DNA of 64,000 bases from a virus. Lineage: Duplodnaviria; Caudoviricetes. Where the stretch lies: the IMG/VR virus record IMGVR_UViG_3300011116_001229; one strand, written 5' to 3'. Under the pieces are notes generated by a model that saw nothing but the letters and a program-made list of their open reading frames with translations, was not told the origin of the DNA and searched no databases. Below, piece after piece: positions 9,076 through 18,944 of the stretch; position 1 is the stretch's first letter, and each line of letters starts with the position of its first letter. Both the position numbers and the translations under genes were made by a program.

Positions 9076-12000
9076 ATGGTAAAATTAGCTCATACTGCAG
9101 ATATTCACTGGCGGGGTTTAAGTCGTCACGATGAGTACCGTGAAGTTTTTACGGCATTTGTTGAAGACTGTAAGAAGAACAAGGTTGACCACATCTTCGT
9201 CGGTGGTGACATCTTCCACACGAAGACGACCGGCATCTCCCCAGAGTACATTGACCAACTTACGTGGTGGCTTGAGTCTATGGCTAAGGTCGCGCCGGTC
9301 CACTTAACGCTTGGCAATCATGACGGCAATTTAACCAATCTTTCTAGACAAGATGCTGTATCTCCTATAGTTCAAGCAATTAACAATCCTCGCATCCATC
9401 TTTATAAGAAGAGCGGCATATATGAGTTCGAGCCAGGATTTAATTTGTGTGTCTACAGCCTTTTTGATGAAGAGGGTTGGGATAATGTCAAACCAGAACC
9501 GGGCAAAATCAATCTTGCCTGCTATCACGGACCGGTTCAAGGCTCCGTCACAGAGTCAGGTTGGGAAATAGATGAGTCACAAATTAAAGTTGACTTCTTT
9601 AAAGACTATCCGTTTGTTCTTTTAGGAGATATTCATCAGCTTCAGTATCTTGGCTATAGGGATGATCAAGAGGGAAATAAGAAACCGTGGATAGCATACC
9701 CAGGTACACCATTGCAGCAGAATTATGCTGAAGAATTAGATCATGGTTATCTAGTCTGGAATATTGAAAGCATCTCTAAATGGAACGTCAGCTTTAGAAA
9801 GCTGCCTAATCCCAAGCCCTTTGTCACTCTCAACTGGACCGGTTCTCAGAAAGATTTTCTAAAAGAAGCTCAGAACTATCCAAAGCAGTCAAGATTCAGA
9901 ATTAAGTCTTCTAATGCTTTGAGTCAAGATGACGTTAGCTTCTTTAGTGACACTTTAAAGAGTCAATATGATGCTACTGAGGTAACGTTTAAGTCTGAGT
10001 ACAAAGCTGAGAGTGAAACTATCAAAGCTGGAAGCGCAACTATTGCTAAGTCAGACTTATCATCTCCTGAAGTGATTCTCTCTTTAATTCAAACTTACGC
10101 TAAAGAAAATGGCGTCACAGACTATAATTGCGACACACTGACAAGCCAAGTTAAAAAATATTTGTCAATTGTCTCGTCGTCAGATGACTTATCGAGAGGA
10201 TCAAAGTGGACCCTCAAACACATGAAGTGGCACAATACATTTGCGTACGGCGAAGACAATGAGATTGACTTTTCAAAACTGAATGGAATTATTGGCGTAT
10301 TTGGTGCCAATAGAATTGGTAAGTCTTCTATCGTTGGCACTTTAATGTATAACTTGTTCAACACGACTGACCGAGGATCAATAAAAAATTTACACGTTTG
10401 TAATATTAGAAAGCCCTACTGTTACGCAAGATCAATCTTTGAGCACAACGGAAATGTTTATGTTGCAGAGCGCCAGACTAGTAAGTCTGTCAATAAAAAA
10501 GGAATCACAAGCGCTACAACATCATTAAATTTCTTCAAAATGCAAGATGATGGTGAGCTTGAAGACTTATGTGGTGATCTTCGAACTGATACAGAAAAAG
10601 TTATTAGATCATTAATTGGTACACATGAAGACTTTTCAATTACGTCTCTGTCTGCGCAAGGTGATATCAATGCGTTTATCTCACAGGGTTCTACTAAAAG
10701 AAGATCATTTCTATCAAGATTTTTAGGACTTGATGTTTTTGATAAGATGGCTGACTTAGCAAATAAAGACTTAAATGGCTTTAAGGCACAGTTAAAGAAT
10801 TTCCCAGATAGAAATTGGGATGAGCTTAAAAAACAGTGTAGTGATGCTGTCAGTGAAATTAAGCATCAACTAGATGAGCTTGAGGTTTTAAACGCTCACA
10901 GGCAATCAGAAATTTCTGATTTAAAAGCGGATCTTTCTACACACAAAGATGTCAAAGTAGTTACCCAAACAGACGTTCTCAATCAAGAGAAGCGAGTGTC
11001 TACCTTGCTAAAATCGTGCGACGATTGCACTTCAAAAATTGACAATTTGACGTCCGAAATCCAGATATTAAAGTCTAAACTAGAAGTTGTTGAACAAGTT
11101 GAGAACTCTGACGACGTAGAAGATCTCAAGCAACAGCTAACTAATATTTGTGAACTTGAAAGATCACTGTCAGATCTAAAGCATCTGCATGATAAAGAAA
11201 CAACTCAGCTCAAGCAATATCAAAAGTCTCTTAAAATTCTTGATGAAGTTCCGTGCGGAGACGAGTATCCTACCTGCAAGTTTATTAAGGATGCTCACCA
11301 AAGCAAAGAAAAGCTTAGTGATCAAGTTCACAAATCAGACGATGCTTTAAAAAGAATGAATGAGATTAGTGTTAAGCTATCTGCCATGAATAAGGAAAAT
11401 CTCGTGTCTAGGCTAGATAAGCTGGAGAAAGCTATCACATTATCTGCTAAATTTAAGTTAGAAATTTCTAAGAAAGAAACAGAAATAGCTGCTAGCAGAG
11501 CTTCCTGCGACTCTATTGCAGATACTTTACGAGACGCCGAGCAGAAATTAAAAGACTTACAGACTGCTCTTAAAAATGAAGAAAACACTGAGGTTGTTTC
11601 TATTAGGTCAAAAATCGAAGTTTTAACAAAACAAATTAAGGAGTCTGATGAGCTTAGACTAAGCTTGGCTACACAGAGAGGGAAGCTCCTGTCTGATATT
11701 GATAAGCTTAACAATGAAAAATTTTCTAGAGATGCAATTTTAAAAGACATGAAGACGTACGAGATAATCTCTGGTGCATTTTCTAAGAAGGGTATACCGC
11801 TGATCATTACGCGTTCACAAATTCCTGCGATCAATGCAGAGATTGCAAAGATTCTTCATGGAATAGTTGATTTTGAAGTTGAACTAGAGAATGATGATGA
11901 TTCTGATGCCTCAGAGATCTATATTAATTATGGGGACTCACGAAGAATTATTGAGCTCTGCAGCGGCATGGAAAAGACTATCGCGTCTATTGCTTTAAGA

Positions 12001-12234
12001 GTTGCGCTTGTTAACGTTTCTTCTATGTCGAAATGTGACATGTTTATCATAGATGAAGGATTTGGCACTCTAGACGACGCTGGAGTCGAGGCATGCAATA
12101 GATTGCTGACAAGCCTAAAAAAGTACTTTAGACTTGTTCTTGTCATAACGCACGTTGATGGAATTAAGGATGTTGCCGACCACATCTTAGAAATAACAAA
12201 AAATGAAAAAGACTCGAGGGTTGTCTACGCATGA
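9076..12234 (+). CDS. Fused Mre11/SbcD nuclease - Rad50/SbcC ATPase (T4 gp47-gp46-like)
   Basis: Phosphoesterase motifs ADIH, GGDIFH, LGNHD, LGDIH, YPGT..QQNYAE; then Walker A GANRIGKSS, coiled coil with central CGDEYPTC, signature CSGMEK, Walker B FIIDEGFGTLD, H-loop VITH. Confidence 0.9.
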   Translation: MVKLAHTADIHWRGLSRHDEYREVFTAFVEDCKKNKVDHIFVGGDIFHTKTTGISPEYIDQLTWWLESMAKVAPVHLTLGNHDGNLTNLSRQDAVSPIVQAINNPRIHLYKKSGIYEFEPGFNLCVYSLFDEEGWDNVKPEPGKINLACYHGPVQGSVTESGWEIDESQIKVDFFKDYPFVLLGDIHQLQYLGYRDDQEGNKKPWIAYPGTPLQQNYAEELDHGYLVWNIESISKWNVSFRKLPNPKPFVTLNWTGSQKDFLKEAQNYPKQSRFRIKSSNALSQDDVSFFSDTLKSQYDATEVTFKSEYKAESETIKAGSATIAKSDLSSPEVILSLIQTYAKENGVTDYNCDTLTSQVKKYLSIVSSSDDLSRGSKWTLKHMKWHNTFAYGEDNEIDFSKLNGIIGVFGANRIGKSSIVGTLMYNLFNTTDRGSIKNLHVCNIRKPYCYARSIFEHNGNVYVAERQTSKSVNKKGITSATTSLNFFKMQDDGELEDLCGDLRTDTEKVIRSLIGTHEDFSITSLSAQGDINAFISQGSTKRRSFLSRFLGLDVFDKMADLANKDLNGFKAQLKNFPDRNWDELKKQCSDAVSEIKHQLDELEVLNAHRQSEISDLKADLSTHKDVKVVTQTDVLNQEKRVSTLLKSCDDCTSKIDNLTSEIQILKSKLEVVEQVENSDDVEDLKQQLTNICELERSLSDLKHLHDKETTQLKQYQKSLKILDEVPCGDEYPTCKFIKDAHQSKEKLSDQVHKSDDALKRMNEISVKLSAMNKENLVSRLDKLEKAITLSAKFKLEISKKETEIAASRASCDSIADTLRDAEQKLKDLQTALKNEENTEVVSIRSKIEVLTKQIKESDELRLSLATQRGKLLSDIDKLNNEKFSRDAILKDMKTYEIISGAFSKKGIPLIITRSQIPAINAEIAKILHGIVDFEVELENDDDSDASEIYINYGDSRRIIELCSGMEKTIASIALRVALVNVSSMSKCDMFIIDEGFGTLDDAGVEACNRLLTSLKKYFRLVLVITHVDGIKDVADHILEITKNEKDSRVVYA

Positions 12235-12491
12235 AAGAATGGAAAGATTACACCAACGATAGACTAATATGTGAGCATCCTGACGGCTTTTATGTTATAA
12301 AGCCTAAAGAAGAACAAGAGTTTGTTCCATTTTTTTGTAACTTTTGTGACAAAATAATGACTTCTATTTACGACGAAGAGGCACATAAAAAATTTAATTG
12401 TTGTGACAAGTGTGCAAGCAAGCATGTATATCCGCGTCTAGAAGACTGGAAAAATGGTTGGCGACCGTCTAGAGAAGATGTCACAACGTGA
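12231..12491 (+). CDS. Small hypothetical protein with two CxxC motifs
   Basis: 86 aa; CNFC and CDKC; ATGA overlap with the upstream gene. Confidence 0.65.
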   Translation: MKEWKDYTNDRLICEHPDGFYVIKPKEEQEFVPFFCNFCDKIMTSIYDEEAHKKFNCCDKCASKHVYPRLEDWKNGWRPSREDVTT

Positions 12492-12500
12492 TTTAACAGC

Positions 12501-12507
12501 ATATTTA
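12501..12507 (+). promoter_or_regulatory. ATA-N-TTA candidate phage late promoter element
   Basis: ATATTTA 20 nt upstream of ATG 12528, ahead of the terminase block. Confidence 0.45.
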
Positions 12508-12527
12508 ATGCATCAGAGAGTAACAAC

Positions 12528-12914
12528 ATGCCGAAAGTAATTGACTATAATGCACTGGGACAGATCTTAGACAATACATGGGGAAGATCGTCAACACCTA
12601 AGACTGCTTCTTATTCAGTTAAATTTACATACGCTGGTGGGGATAGGTTGGTGGCCACATTTAATTGCATCATGAATTTTGCTTCAACAAGTGAAGCGCA
12701 AATGATTAAAAAGACAACACAGAATGATGCAGACAACCTTGTCGGTCGTTACACAAAGTCTCTTAAAGAAAAATATAAAGAAATTACTGGAGATGCTTTA
12801 ACTCTAAAAGAAGTTAGTGCTGCTGATTCAGTTGAGATGATTGGTGGGGGTTATCATCACACATCAAAGAGAACTGCGTACTATAGAAAAACATTTATAT
12901 ACGAAATGTCATGA
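12528..12914 (+). CDS. Hypothetical protein
   Basis: 128-aa ORF, ATGA overlap with the terminase start. Confidence 0.7.
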   Translation: MPKVIDYNALGQILDNTWGRSSTPKTASYSVKFTYAGGDRLVATFNCIMNFASTSEAQMIKKTTQNDADNLVGRYTKSLKEKYKEITGDALTLKEVSAADSVEMIGGGYHHTSKRTAYYRKTFIYEMS

Positions 12915-14533
12915 GCAGTCCAGTCAGTCCCAGCAGGCAACAACAAGTTGCTGAAATTTTAAAGTGCGGAAAAGATCCTGTGTACTTTATGAAGAAGTAC
13001 ACAAAAATCCAGCACCCAGTTAAAGGACTAATACCGTTTGAGACATATGATTTTCAAGATGATTGTGTCAAGCAGTTTCAAGATCATAGATTTAATATAG
13101 TTCTTAAAAGTAGGCAGCTAGGTTTATCAACAGTTACTGCAGCTTTTTCTTTGTGGATGGCTCTTTTTAAGAAAGACAAGAACATACTTGTTATTGCAAC
13201 AAAGCTTCCTACAGCAATGAACTTCATCAAAAAGGTGAAGACTATGCTTGACTCTCTTCCCCCGTGGTTGCTACTCACTAAATATGAGCCAACTAAGCAG
13301 GCCATTAGATTCACTAATGGTTCAACTATTACGGCAGTTCCAACATCTCCCGACGCTGGCCGCTCTGAAGCGCTAGCACTTCTCATCGTCGATGAGGCAG
13401 CATTCATTAGAGACTTTGACGATATCTGGACCGGCTTATATCCTACGCTATCAACAGGTGGTAGCGCTGTTATTCTTTCAACACCAAACGGTGTAGGTGG
13501 ACAATATTATAAGCTGTGGACAGAAGCTGAGTCAGGTGTCAATGCTTTTAATCCTATTAGACTGCCTTGGGATGTACATCCTGACCATGACCAAGAGTGG
13601 TTTGACAAAGAGACTAGGAATCTTCCGAGAAGAAAAGTTGCTCAAGAATTTTTGTGCGACTTTATAACATCCGGTGATACCTTCTTACAACCAACAGAAT
13701 TAGACAGGATGAGAGAGATGATTCGACAACCTCTCCTAAAAGAAGGACCTCAAAGTGGTGTGTGGATATGGCGTCAACCCGAGGCGAACAAAAAGTATGT
13801 TATATCAGCTGACGTTGCTAGAGGAGATGCTTCTGACTATTCTACTTTTCATGTGATAGATTATGAAACTTGTGAAGTTGTAGCTGAGTTTATGGGCAAA
13901 ACTCCTCCTGATAAACTTGCTGACCTGCTGTCTGAATATGGCAAGAAGTATAATGAAGCACTTGTTTGTCCCGAACAGAATTCTTTTGGTTATTTTACCT
14001 GCGTAAAACTGAGAGACGAAGGTTATCCTCGAATGTACTACCCTAGCTTTAGAGGAGACCCATTCGAATTTAAGTCAGTTAATCCGGATGAACTACCAGG
14101 ATTTTCTACTCAGACCAAGTCTAGACACCAGATACTTGCCAAGCTAGAAGAGCTTATTAGAAATGGTATGGTGAAGTCTTACTCACAACGTCTATATGAC
14201 CAAATGCAAGCATTCGTCTGGAATGGATCTAAAGCAATGGCGTCTAAAGACTCTCATGACGATCTGATTATCAGCATAGCTATTGGAATGTGGCTAGCTG
14301 CCGGAGAGGGCGGGGGCAATGATCAAGCATCTAGTCTAGCTTATGCAATGCTTAAAGCAACAAGCAGGGGTAGCAGAACTGTATCCGAGGCTATAGGAAT
14401 ACCGGGTAATAGAAATACAATGATGCCTCTACACCCGCAGCTTAGAAGCCTGTCTCCATTTGGAAATTCTCAACAGCAGAACAACAGTCAGCCCAGTCAA
14501 GATAATTCAGATTTTTCTTGGTTATTCAAGTGA
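12911..14533 (+). CDS. terL: Terminase large subunit (T4 gp17-like)
   Basis: LYDFQ-like TYDFQ, Walker A KSRQLGLST, Walker B LLIVDEAAF, coupling motif STPNG, nuclease motifs ISADVARG and HDDLIIS. Confidence 0.92.
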   Translation: MSSPVSPSRQQQVAEILKCGKDPVYFMKKYTKIQHPVKGLIPFETYDFQDDCVKQFQDHRFNIVLKSRQLGLSTVTAAFSLWMALFKKDKNILVIATKLPTAMNFIKKVKTMLDSLPPWLLLTKYEPTKQAIRFTNGSTITAVPTSPDAGRSEALALLIVDEAAFIRDFDDIWTGLYPTLSTGGSAVILSTPNGVGGQYYKLWTEAESGVNAFNPIRLPWDVHPDHDQEWFDKETRNLPRRKVAQEFLCDFITSGDTFLQPTELDRMREMIRQPLLKEGPQSGVWIWRQPEANKKYVISADVARGDASDYSTFHVIDYETCEVVAEFMGKTPPDKLADLLSEYGKKYNEALVCPEQNSFGYFTCVKLRDEGYPRMYYPSFRGDPFEFKSVNPDELPGFSTQTKSRHQILAKLEELIRNGMVKSYSQRLYDQMQAFVWNGSKAMASKDSHDDLIISIAIGMWLAAGEGGGNDQASSLAYAMLKATSRGSRTVSEAIGIPGNRNTMMPLHPQLRSLSPFGNSQQQNNSQPSQDNSDFSWLFK

Positions 14534-14562
14534 AGTGATACATATACGAAGGTAGAAGTTCA

Positions 14563-14874
14563 ATGCAAAAAATTAGCGTTAATCAGCTTAAGCAAATAAT
14601 CAAAGAAGAGATTCAAAAGATCAACGAAGATATCTCTGACGAGATTAAACAATCTTCAAGCGTACAAAACACTTGTGCGGATCTTATTAAGTCAATTGAA
14701 AAATTTAAGTCAAATGCTTCTGAGTCAGCAAAATCTCACGTTGGATTACAAGCACTTGACGAGCTTGTAGAAAAGCTTAAATTTGTTGCAACTAATAGCA
14801 TGAACTACATCGATGCACCTTCTAAACCAAATCCCGCTGTTAAGAAGGCAGTATTTAAACCATCTTCAGAATGA
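14563..14874 (+). CDS. Hypothetical head-region protein with KISVNQLKQIIKEEI motif
   Basis: 103-aa ORF between terminase and portal; N-terminal motif shared with 19588, 20074 and 32506. Confidence 0.7.
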   Translation: MQKISVNQLKQIIKEEIQKINEDISDEIKQSSSVQNTCADLIKSIEKFKSNASESAKSHVGLQALDELVEKLKFVATNSMNYIDAPSKPNPAVKKAVFKPSSE

Positions 14875-14949
14875 TATTGAATTATTGACAGAAACAGTTT
14901 AATATATCCCGCAAGGTGAAACGCCGACTTCGTATTGAGGAGGCATAAT

Positions 14950-17900
14950 ATGGCAAAGAATCAACAAACACTTTTTCAAAAATTAACGAGGCTCTTTAAA
15001 AGCGGCCCAGTCGTCAAAAGAAAGATCCGAAGTTTAGATACTACCGTTGCTTTGCCAGATTCTGCTAAGAGCAGCGGCACTTTACTCTTTCAAAAGAGCG
15101 TAGCTCCTACATACACAACAATCACAGCTAACGCTTACAATCTCTCAGAGAGAATGATGAGGTATCAGGACTTCGTTGAAATGGAGTACTGTCTTCATGG
15201 AGATACTCTAATCGCAGTACCTGACGGTTATAAGAAAATTAAAGATCTTGCTGAAGAATGCTCTGCAGACCCAGACAAAACATTCCTAGTCTATTCTTAT
15301 GATCATAACTTAGGAAGAATTATTCCAGCTTGGGGTAAACAAGCTCGACAAACCCGAACCGATCACGCTTACATAGTTACTTTCGACAACGGGCAGAAGA
15401 TCATCGGAACTCCTAACCATCGACTCATGAAGCGCGATGGAACCTTCTGCAAGATTGAAGATCTTAAAGCCGGCGATGCAATGATGCCATTCTATCGTCG
15501 GGATCTTTTTAACGGCTGCAAAGAAGAAGGTGAAGGTTATCGTTGGATCTACACAATGGACCGACGGTCGAAGATGAATGGCTGGGCATCTGAGCATCGA
15601 GTCGTCGGAGAAATGATAAAAGGTTCTCCTTTGACAAACGACGAAGTCGTTCACCACAAAAATTTCATCAAATACGACAATAGACCTGAAAATCTCCTGG
15701 TGATGACAAGCGAAGCTCATCAAAAGCTTCATGCAGAGATTCTCAACGGTGCTAAATGGTCTGAACAAAATTCTGACTGGATTCAGCAGTTCAAGATCAA
15801 TCATTCTAAGTTCATGTCCGAGAACAATCCTGCCGAGCGGAAGGACATCACATTCGGTCGAATTTTAGAAGTTGCCGAAAGAACAAACTTCAATTCTCGA
15901 AAGATGTGCGAAGTTCTTGATACCGATCCCAATGTAATCAAACGTAAACTACGAAAACACGGATATCAAGACTTCCAAACATTCGCCAAAGCATACAACC
16001 CAGATTGGCACAACGCAGGATGGAGCAACCAAGGCGAGAATAATCCTCGATATAATCATTCAGTTACCTTTGACAGAATATGCTCAATTTTTTCTAAAGG
16101 CATGTCAAAGAAGGATCTAATTCAGTCTTTGGGCACGACAGATACAATTCTTTCTAAGCGACTTGCCGAACAAGGTTATAAAAACTACACTGAATTTTCT
16201 CATAACTACGAAAATCTTAAAGTTGCGTCTATCGACTATCATGGTGTGATCCCACTGTATGATCTAACTGTCGACGGCTATAAGAACTTCGCTACAGACA
16301 CAGTCATTTCTCACAACACACCTGAGATTGCGAGTGCGCTTGACATATACGCAGACGAGACTTGTGCACAAGATGAAAAGGGTAGAGTGCTACATGTCTA
16401 CTCTGACAACGAGAAAATTAAGGAAATATTAGAGGAGCTATTCTACGATATATTAAATGTTGAATTTAATCTAAGATCGTGGGTTAGAAACCTTGTTAAG
16501 TATGGTGATTTCTTCCTCTACTGTGACGTCTCGCCTGATCATGGTGTCATAAATGTCTTTCCAATTCCCGTCAATGAGATTATTAGGGAAGAAAATTACG
16601 ACCCAGACGATCCGATGGCTGTTCGTTATAAGTGGGTCACCATGGGTAATAAAACTCTCGAAAATTGGGAAGTCATTCATTTTAGGCTTCTCGGTAACGA
16701 TTCTTTCTTGCCGTACGGATCATCGATCATAGAAGCTGCTAGACGCATCTGGCGTCAACTCATTCTAATTGAAGACGCAATGCTGGTTTATCGCGTTGTC
16801 CGCGCTCCGGAACGCCGAGTTTTCTATATTGATGTTGCCAATATTCCTCCTGAAAACGTACCGATGTACGTCGAAGAGCAAAGAAAGAACTTGAGATCAA
16901 GTCAGGTAGTCGATAGGTCTACGGGCCGAGTTGATCTTCGTTATAATCCTCTATCTGTAGATGAAGATTATTTCATACCTGTCCGCGGCGGTGAGTCTGG
17001 TACTAAAATTGATACGTTAGCTGGTGGACAAAATGCTGCAGCAGTTGAGGATGTAGCCTATATTCAAAAGAAACTATTCTCTGCACTCAAGGTACCGAAA
17101 GCTTATCTTGGCTACGATGAGTCTTTAAGTTCAAAGGCTACTTTGGCTCAAGAAGACATACGTTTCTCTAGGACTATTGCCGTAATACAAAAGACTATTA
17201 TCGCTGAGCTAAACAAGCTCGCAATTATACATCTATATTCTCATGGATTTGATGATGAAGACTTACAAAACTTCGTTCTCCGTCTACCGAATCCTTCAAC
17301 TATAGCCCAGCAGCAAAAGCTTGAACTATGGAGAGCAAAATTTGAAATTGCAGGTTCAGCTCCTGAAGGTCAAATGAGCAAGGAATTTATTAGAAAAGAG
17401 ATCTGGGGTCTCAGTGAAGAAGAATGCCGCGATATTGACGATCAGCGTCTAAAAGAAAAACTGATAGATGGTGAGATTGAAAATGCTAAACCTGAAGAGG
17501 AAAGCGGAGACGAGGCCACAACTGGCGGCGGTGAAGGCGGAGGCGAAGCTGAAGCCGGAGGTGAAGAGGGCGGAGAAGAATCCGGAGGTGAAGAGGGCGG
17601 AGAAGAAGGAGATCTCTTTGCTGGAGATGATCCTGCTGACAACGAAGAGGTAGGAAATCTACTGCTTTCAGCCGACGATCCGGACGATGACGAAGAGTTT
17701 GGAATTAAATTCAAGCTAAAAGACGTCGACATGCCAGTTAAGGCACAGCGACAAATTGATAGAATACGTCATAACAGAGCACGAATAAGACATTCAGGAC
17801 CTTCAAAGCTGCACATGCCTGATTGGGCATCATCGCTTGATGCAAAAGATTTAGCTATGACCGACCCGTTTGATGGAAAATTCTTAAGATCCCTTGCATC

Positions 17901-18081
17901 TAATCCGTTAAAAGAAACTAAGACAAGAATTGGGTCAGATGTTATGTCTGCATTGAGAAAGATGGCTTCGCTACCGGCTTTTCAGTCTAGATCTATTAAT
18001 TCAAATAAACTTTTATCAGAAGATATGTCTATTGAAATAGAGGAGCAAGAATCTGATAAGACCGACGAGGAGATACTGTGA
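14950..18081 (+). CDS. Portal vertex protein (T4 gp20-like), intein-containing
   Basis: EIASALDIYADE, LVKYGDFF, PYGSSIIEAARRIWRQLILIEDAMLVYRVVRAPERRVFYIDV, EDYFIPVR, ALKVPKAYL. Start set at ATG 14950 (GAGGAGG at 14937-14943) rather than 14935. Confidence 0.92.
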   Translation: MAKNQQTLFQKLTRLFKSGPVVKRKIRSLDTTVALPDSAKSSGTLLFQKSVAPTYTTITANAYNLSERMMRYQDFVEMEYCLHGDTLIAVPDGYKKIKDLAEECSADPDKTFLVYSYDHNLGRIIPAWGKQARQTRTDHAYIVTFDNGQKIIGTPNHRLMKRDGTFCKIEDLKAGDAMMPFYRRDLFNGCKEEGEGYRWIYTMDRRSKMNGWASEHRVVGEMIKGSPLTNDEVVHHKNFIKYDNRPENLLVMTSEAHQKLHAEILNGAKWSEQNSDWIQQFKINHSKFMSENNPAERKDITFGRILEVAERTNFNSRKMCEVLDTDPNVIKRKLRKHGYQDFQTFAKAYNPDWHNAGWSNQGENNPRYNHSVTFDRICSIFSKGMSKKDLIQSLGTTDTILSKRLAEQGYKNYTEFSHNYENLKVASIDYHGVIPLYDLTVDGYKNFATDTVISHNTPEIASALDIYADETCAQDEKGRVLHVYSDNEKIKEILEELFYDILNVEFNLRSWVRNLVKYGDFFLYCDVSPDHGVINVFPIPVNEIIREENYDPDDPMAVRYKWVTMGNKTLENWEVIHFRLLGNDSFLPYGSSIIEAARRIWRQLILIEDAMLVYRVVRAPERRVFYIDVANIPPENVPMYVEEQRKNLRSSQVVDRSTGRVDLRYNPLSVDEDYFIPVRGGESGTKIDTLAGGQNAAAVEDVAYIQKKLFSALKVPKAYLGYDESLSSKATLAQEDIRFSRTIAVIQKTIIAELNKLAIIHLYSHGFDDEDLQNFVLRLPNPSTIAQQQKLELWRAKFEIAGSAPEGQMSKEFIRKEIWGLSEEECRDIDDQRLKEKLIDGEIENAKPEEESGDEATTGGGEGGGEAEAGGEEGGEESGGEEGGEEGDLFAGDDPADNEEVGNLLLSADDPDDDEEFGIKFKLKDVDMPVKAQRQIDRIRHNRARIRHSGPSKLHMPDWASSLDAKDLAMTDPFDGKFLRSLASNPLKETKTRIGSDVMSALRKMASLPAFQSRSINSNKLLSEDMSIEIEEQESDKTDEEIL
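15190..16317 (+). mobile_element. Intein (376 aa) with HNH homing endonuclease in the portal gene
   Basis: N-terminal CLHGDT, block B GTPNHRLM, block F LYDLTVDGYKNF, C-terminal SHN followed by Thr; HNH motif EHRVV...VVHHKN..KYDNRPENL; removal rejoins DFVEMEY|TPEIASALDIYADE. Confidence 0.92.
17555..17607 (+). repeat. Exact 26-nt direct repeat (27-nt period) in the acidic portal tail
   Basis: ccggaggtgaagagggcggagaagaa at 17555 and 17582, encoding GGEEGGEE twice. Confidence 0.85.
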
Positions 18082-18944
18082 TGAGAATGAGCAAGAACCA
18101 CAACAAGAAAAGAAACTCAATTCTACTTTACGAATTCTTAGTTTCTTCTATTTCTAAGTCACTCGTTGAAGATGACAAAAGAAAATCAGCTGCTGCTTTA
18201 AAAATTCTAAGACGTCATTTCAAGAAGGGAACTAGTCTCTATAGAGAATTTCGCCTTTTAAATGCGCTAATTAAGACCTCAGTTTCATCACCTCAAGTAG
18301 CATCAAGAATACTCAAAGAGGCTAAGGATGCTGCTGTTAAGATGGATACTGCAGAATTAGACAGAGAAAAATCTTTGCTTATTCGTAACATAAACCATAC
18401 TATTAATAATGACGGTTCTTTTTACGATCAACACGTCAATGAATATAGAATGTGTGCAACAATACAACAGCTAATTAATGAGTGGCGTTCTGAAGATGCT
18501 GACATCACTAAGATCGCCGAATATGAAGATCAGCTTGTTCAATGGCTTCTATCACCAAAAAAGATTGTGTCTGAACACACAATCTCTGAAGAGACGCCTG
18601 GAACATCCCGCTTACTAATGACTGTCATGTCTAAGAAGCTGAACGAAAAATATTCAGACTCTTTAAATGAACAGCAAAAGAACATTATCAAGGCTTATGC
18701 ACTGTCCTCATCATCTAACGATGATTCTCAGATAGTTCAAAGATTAGAAGAGGTTAGATCTGATCTTTCATCTAGCATCAACGCTTACATCGAGCAAATA
18801 AAAGATTTGCCACACCTTAAGGCAAAACTTATTGAAACAAAGCAAGAGCTCATGTCTGAAAAATTTGATCAAATTGATGACACAATAATCACAAAATTTA
18901 TGATTTATTCCAAGCTTAAAACAGAGCTTGACTCAAAGGAGTGA
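18078..18944 (+). CDS. Conserved hypothetical protein between portal and prohead protease
   Basis: 288-aa helical ORF beginning HNKKRNSILLYEFL; overlaps both neighbours by 4 nt. Confidence 0.75.
   Translation: MMRMSKNHNKKRNSILLYEFLVSSISKSLVEDDKRKSAAALKILRRHFKKGTSLYREFRLLNALIKTSVSSPQVASRILKEAKDAAVKMDTAELDREKSLLIRNINHTINNDGSFYDQHVNEYRMCATIQQLINEWRSEDADITKIAEYEDQLVQWLLSPKKIVSEHTISEETPGTSRLLMTVMSKKLNEKYSDSLNEQQKNIIKAYALSSSSNDDSQIVQRLEEVRSDLSSSINAYIEQIKDLPHLKAKLIETKQELMSEKFDQIDDTIITKFMIYSKLKTELDSKE

Noticed and set aside
14885-14925. TTGACA upstream of the portal and a small ccgcaagg hairpin
   Set aside because: No -10 at 16-18 nt spacing; hairpin too short to support an RNA element.
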